From assembly GCF_009914755.1 (NCBI RefSeq), contig NC_060936.1: 64,000 nt of DNA; one strand, 5' to 3'. Origin of the DNA: the human T2T-CHM13v2.0 reference genome, Homo sapiens. Below the pieces are notes generated by a model that searched no databases, was not told where the DNA came from, and was given only the letters and a program-made list of their open reading frames with translations. The position numbers and the translations under genes were made by a program. Shown here one piece after another: positions 57,026 to 64,000 of this stretch (positions are counted from its first letter, which is position 1; every line of letters begins with the position of its first letter).

Positions 57026-59225
57026 TTTATTATTTAGTTATTAGTTATTTATTTTTATAAACTCTTTTCTCTTAAATTTAATCTCTTAGTAACTTGAAAC
57101 TTCCATCCTCTTGCTATAGCCTTCATTTTATACATACAGCTTCAAAGTAACCCAAATTCTCTATCTTCTAAACCAATTTCCAATGCACAAAACACATCAA
57201 TAATTCTAGGTTTCTACAAATATATGATAGCTATTTTTGTCTTCCATTTTTATCCCTACAAACTAGTTAGATGCATTTTATAATCCCAAGCAGAAATACC
57301 CCAATTATGTTAAGTGACTCAAGGGATAGAGTTAATTTTGTATGAAAAGATTAAATTTGCTTGATTGCTCTTTTTTAGTGAAGACTATGTTAATGTCAAG
57401 TTTAAGAGTGATAGTATTTTGCTTTTGACAAAGACATAAGGGAAAATTCTTCTCAGCTAGTTCAGTATACTCTAAATCAGCCACAAATATAAATCCTAAC
57501 TCAAGTTTCTCACAACTAGAAGAAATCAGAAGAATATGATAAAAATCAAAGAATTCATATCATGAAAATGAAAGGTACAAGAGAAATTCAATAACATGCT
57601 CTTCCTATTTTTTGTTTGACTTACCATAAAAATCTGCACTAATGGGGGACATCTATGTTTTCAATTCTAAGCATAAGTTTTAGATCTCCATAACATGAAA
57701 ATGACCACAGATTCTGAATGAGTAGCTGCTCTCCACCACCATATTTCCAAGCTCTAGAAACTCAGTGCTAGAGCTAAACTGAGTTGTTGCTATTGTTTTA
57801 TTTAGACCACTTGAAACCCTGAAAATCATCAAAATGCAGAAAATCACTATGTTGGTTAGGTTTCCTGTGGCAGGAATATTTAAAACAATTTAAGAAAACT
57901 CCTAACCAGAACATGTTCAGAGAATTATTAACATTTTTATTCAGAAGTTTAGATGCCATTTTCTGCCTCATACTCCCTCATTCCCTCCAGTTCAACTCTT
58001 CCTAATTAAGTTTTCTGGCCTTGCCCTACCCCCACCTGATCATCATGATAAAACTAGGACATAAGTATTAATACTTATTAAAGCATTACAAGTATTAATA
58101 TGTCTACTGTTCCATTTCATGGATCTACTCCTACTAATGAAGGAGGAGATACTAAAAATCTAAATAAGAAATTGCTTTTAACCTTGAAAATTTAGAACAT
58201 TACATTATGATATCCTTGAGGTTATTTGAGGAAAAATATTATTTAGTAAACTGGAAGGAGTGAAATTTTTTTTCTAAAGGTGTCACAAAGAAGCAAGTAA
58301 TATTGGTAATAACAATTTTAATAATGTACTATCTCTTATAATGAAAGATGATGTTGGTAACCCAGACAAGCTAATGGGCATATGTTTCACACTGGGGTAA
58401 TACTTCACTACCAGTCACAGGAACAAAAAGCCTTTTGCAAAACTATGTGACAAAATTAACTATGCAGTATGTATCAAAGAATACTGTGGTGGTTTTCAAA
58501 CTATGCTATTCAGAACCCTTCAGAGATTTAGGGTAAAGCAGAGTCACATTTTGAGGTGTTCTGCTTCATTCGGATTGATATCTTCATTCATTTATGCATA
58601 CAATAAATACTTATTAAGCTGTCTATTACATGCATGCCTGTGGTTGACTAGCACTTTCTGGTATCACACCTGTAATATGATAGAAACAGTCCCTGCTCTC
58701 AGAAAGCTCAGTCTAGCTAAAAATAAACACATCAAGCAAATAATGGTAGAAGTAATTAATTAATGGTCAAAGGTACAAACACAATAGAAACATGTATAGA
58801 GTGCTATAAAAGAAGTCTTTGGTAAGTTTCCTTCACCTTACGGGTTTTCTCATAAGATTTTAGCTGAATAAAGGGTACATGCTTCCAAGTGACCAAAATA
58901 ATGTAAGCTAACCTGACACTTATGGTATTAATTACCAAATCTAAGCTCTGATGCCCTATTTTATTGTGTCACTTTGATTCAAAAGAACCATACATTCAAA
59001 CGTTAAGGTATCTTAAGAATCTCTGTATACCAGATACTATGTTAGAAGCTTTAGGGCTATAAATATGCATTCACTTAAGAAAATATTTCAAAATATTGGA
59101 TTGAATATTTACTATGCTAGGCACTGGGGATTAACATTTCCATGTAATAATTAGTTTCCAGCATTTCTCAGAAAATGTATGTTTTTCCAAATCCCAAGAA
59201 AAATCAGTCAAGAAATAGAGAAAAA

Positions 59226-64000
<4,775 letters not shown>

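Noticed and set aside
57615-57630. Isolated ATG|GTAAGT donor on the minus strand
   Set aside because: No good pyrimidine-rich acceptor within exon distance. Lone donors are common in introns.

Overview
Primate (most likely human) genomic DNA from inside the large neuronal gene ANKS1B (AIDA-1/EB-1), transcribed on the minus strand. Three coding exons for the N-terminal ankyrin repeats can be read directly, with GT-AG boundaries and compatible phases: 32036-31956 (81 nt, missed by the ORF track), 18965-18809 (157 nt) and 13355-13059 (297 nt). By recall these are exons 2-4 of the long isoform. The rest is intron, dominated by interspersed repeats: L1 of several ages (including a 5'-UTR-bearing L1PB-like copy from ~59.2 kb to the window end), about 15 Alu/FLAM copies (mostly antisense to the gene), L2, MIR, MaLR and ERV1 solo LTRs, and Tigger/hAT DNA transposon relics. 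Subfamily names are from recall of consensus sequences, not from a search. I see no prokaryote-type system, RNA gene or independent novel protein gene. The most interesting unexplained signals are splice-regulatory and lie in intron 2: (i) a candidate 171-nt poison cryptic exon with a perfect CAG|GTAAGT donor that contains a (UG)22 tract, i.e. TDP-43-type cryptic-exon architecture, 178 nt upstream of exon 3; (ii) a candidate 10-nt frameshifting microexon with strong splice sites. There are also clear molecular fossils: a 194-bp locally templated insertion inside an L1 3'UTR, two twin-primed inverted L1s and a trimeric Alu.
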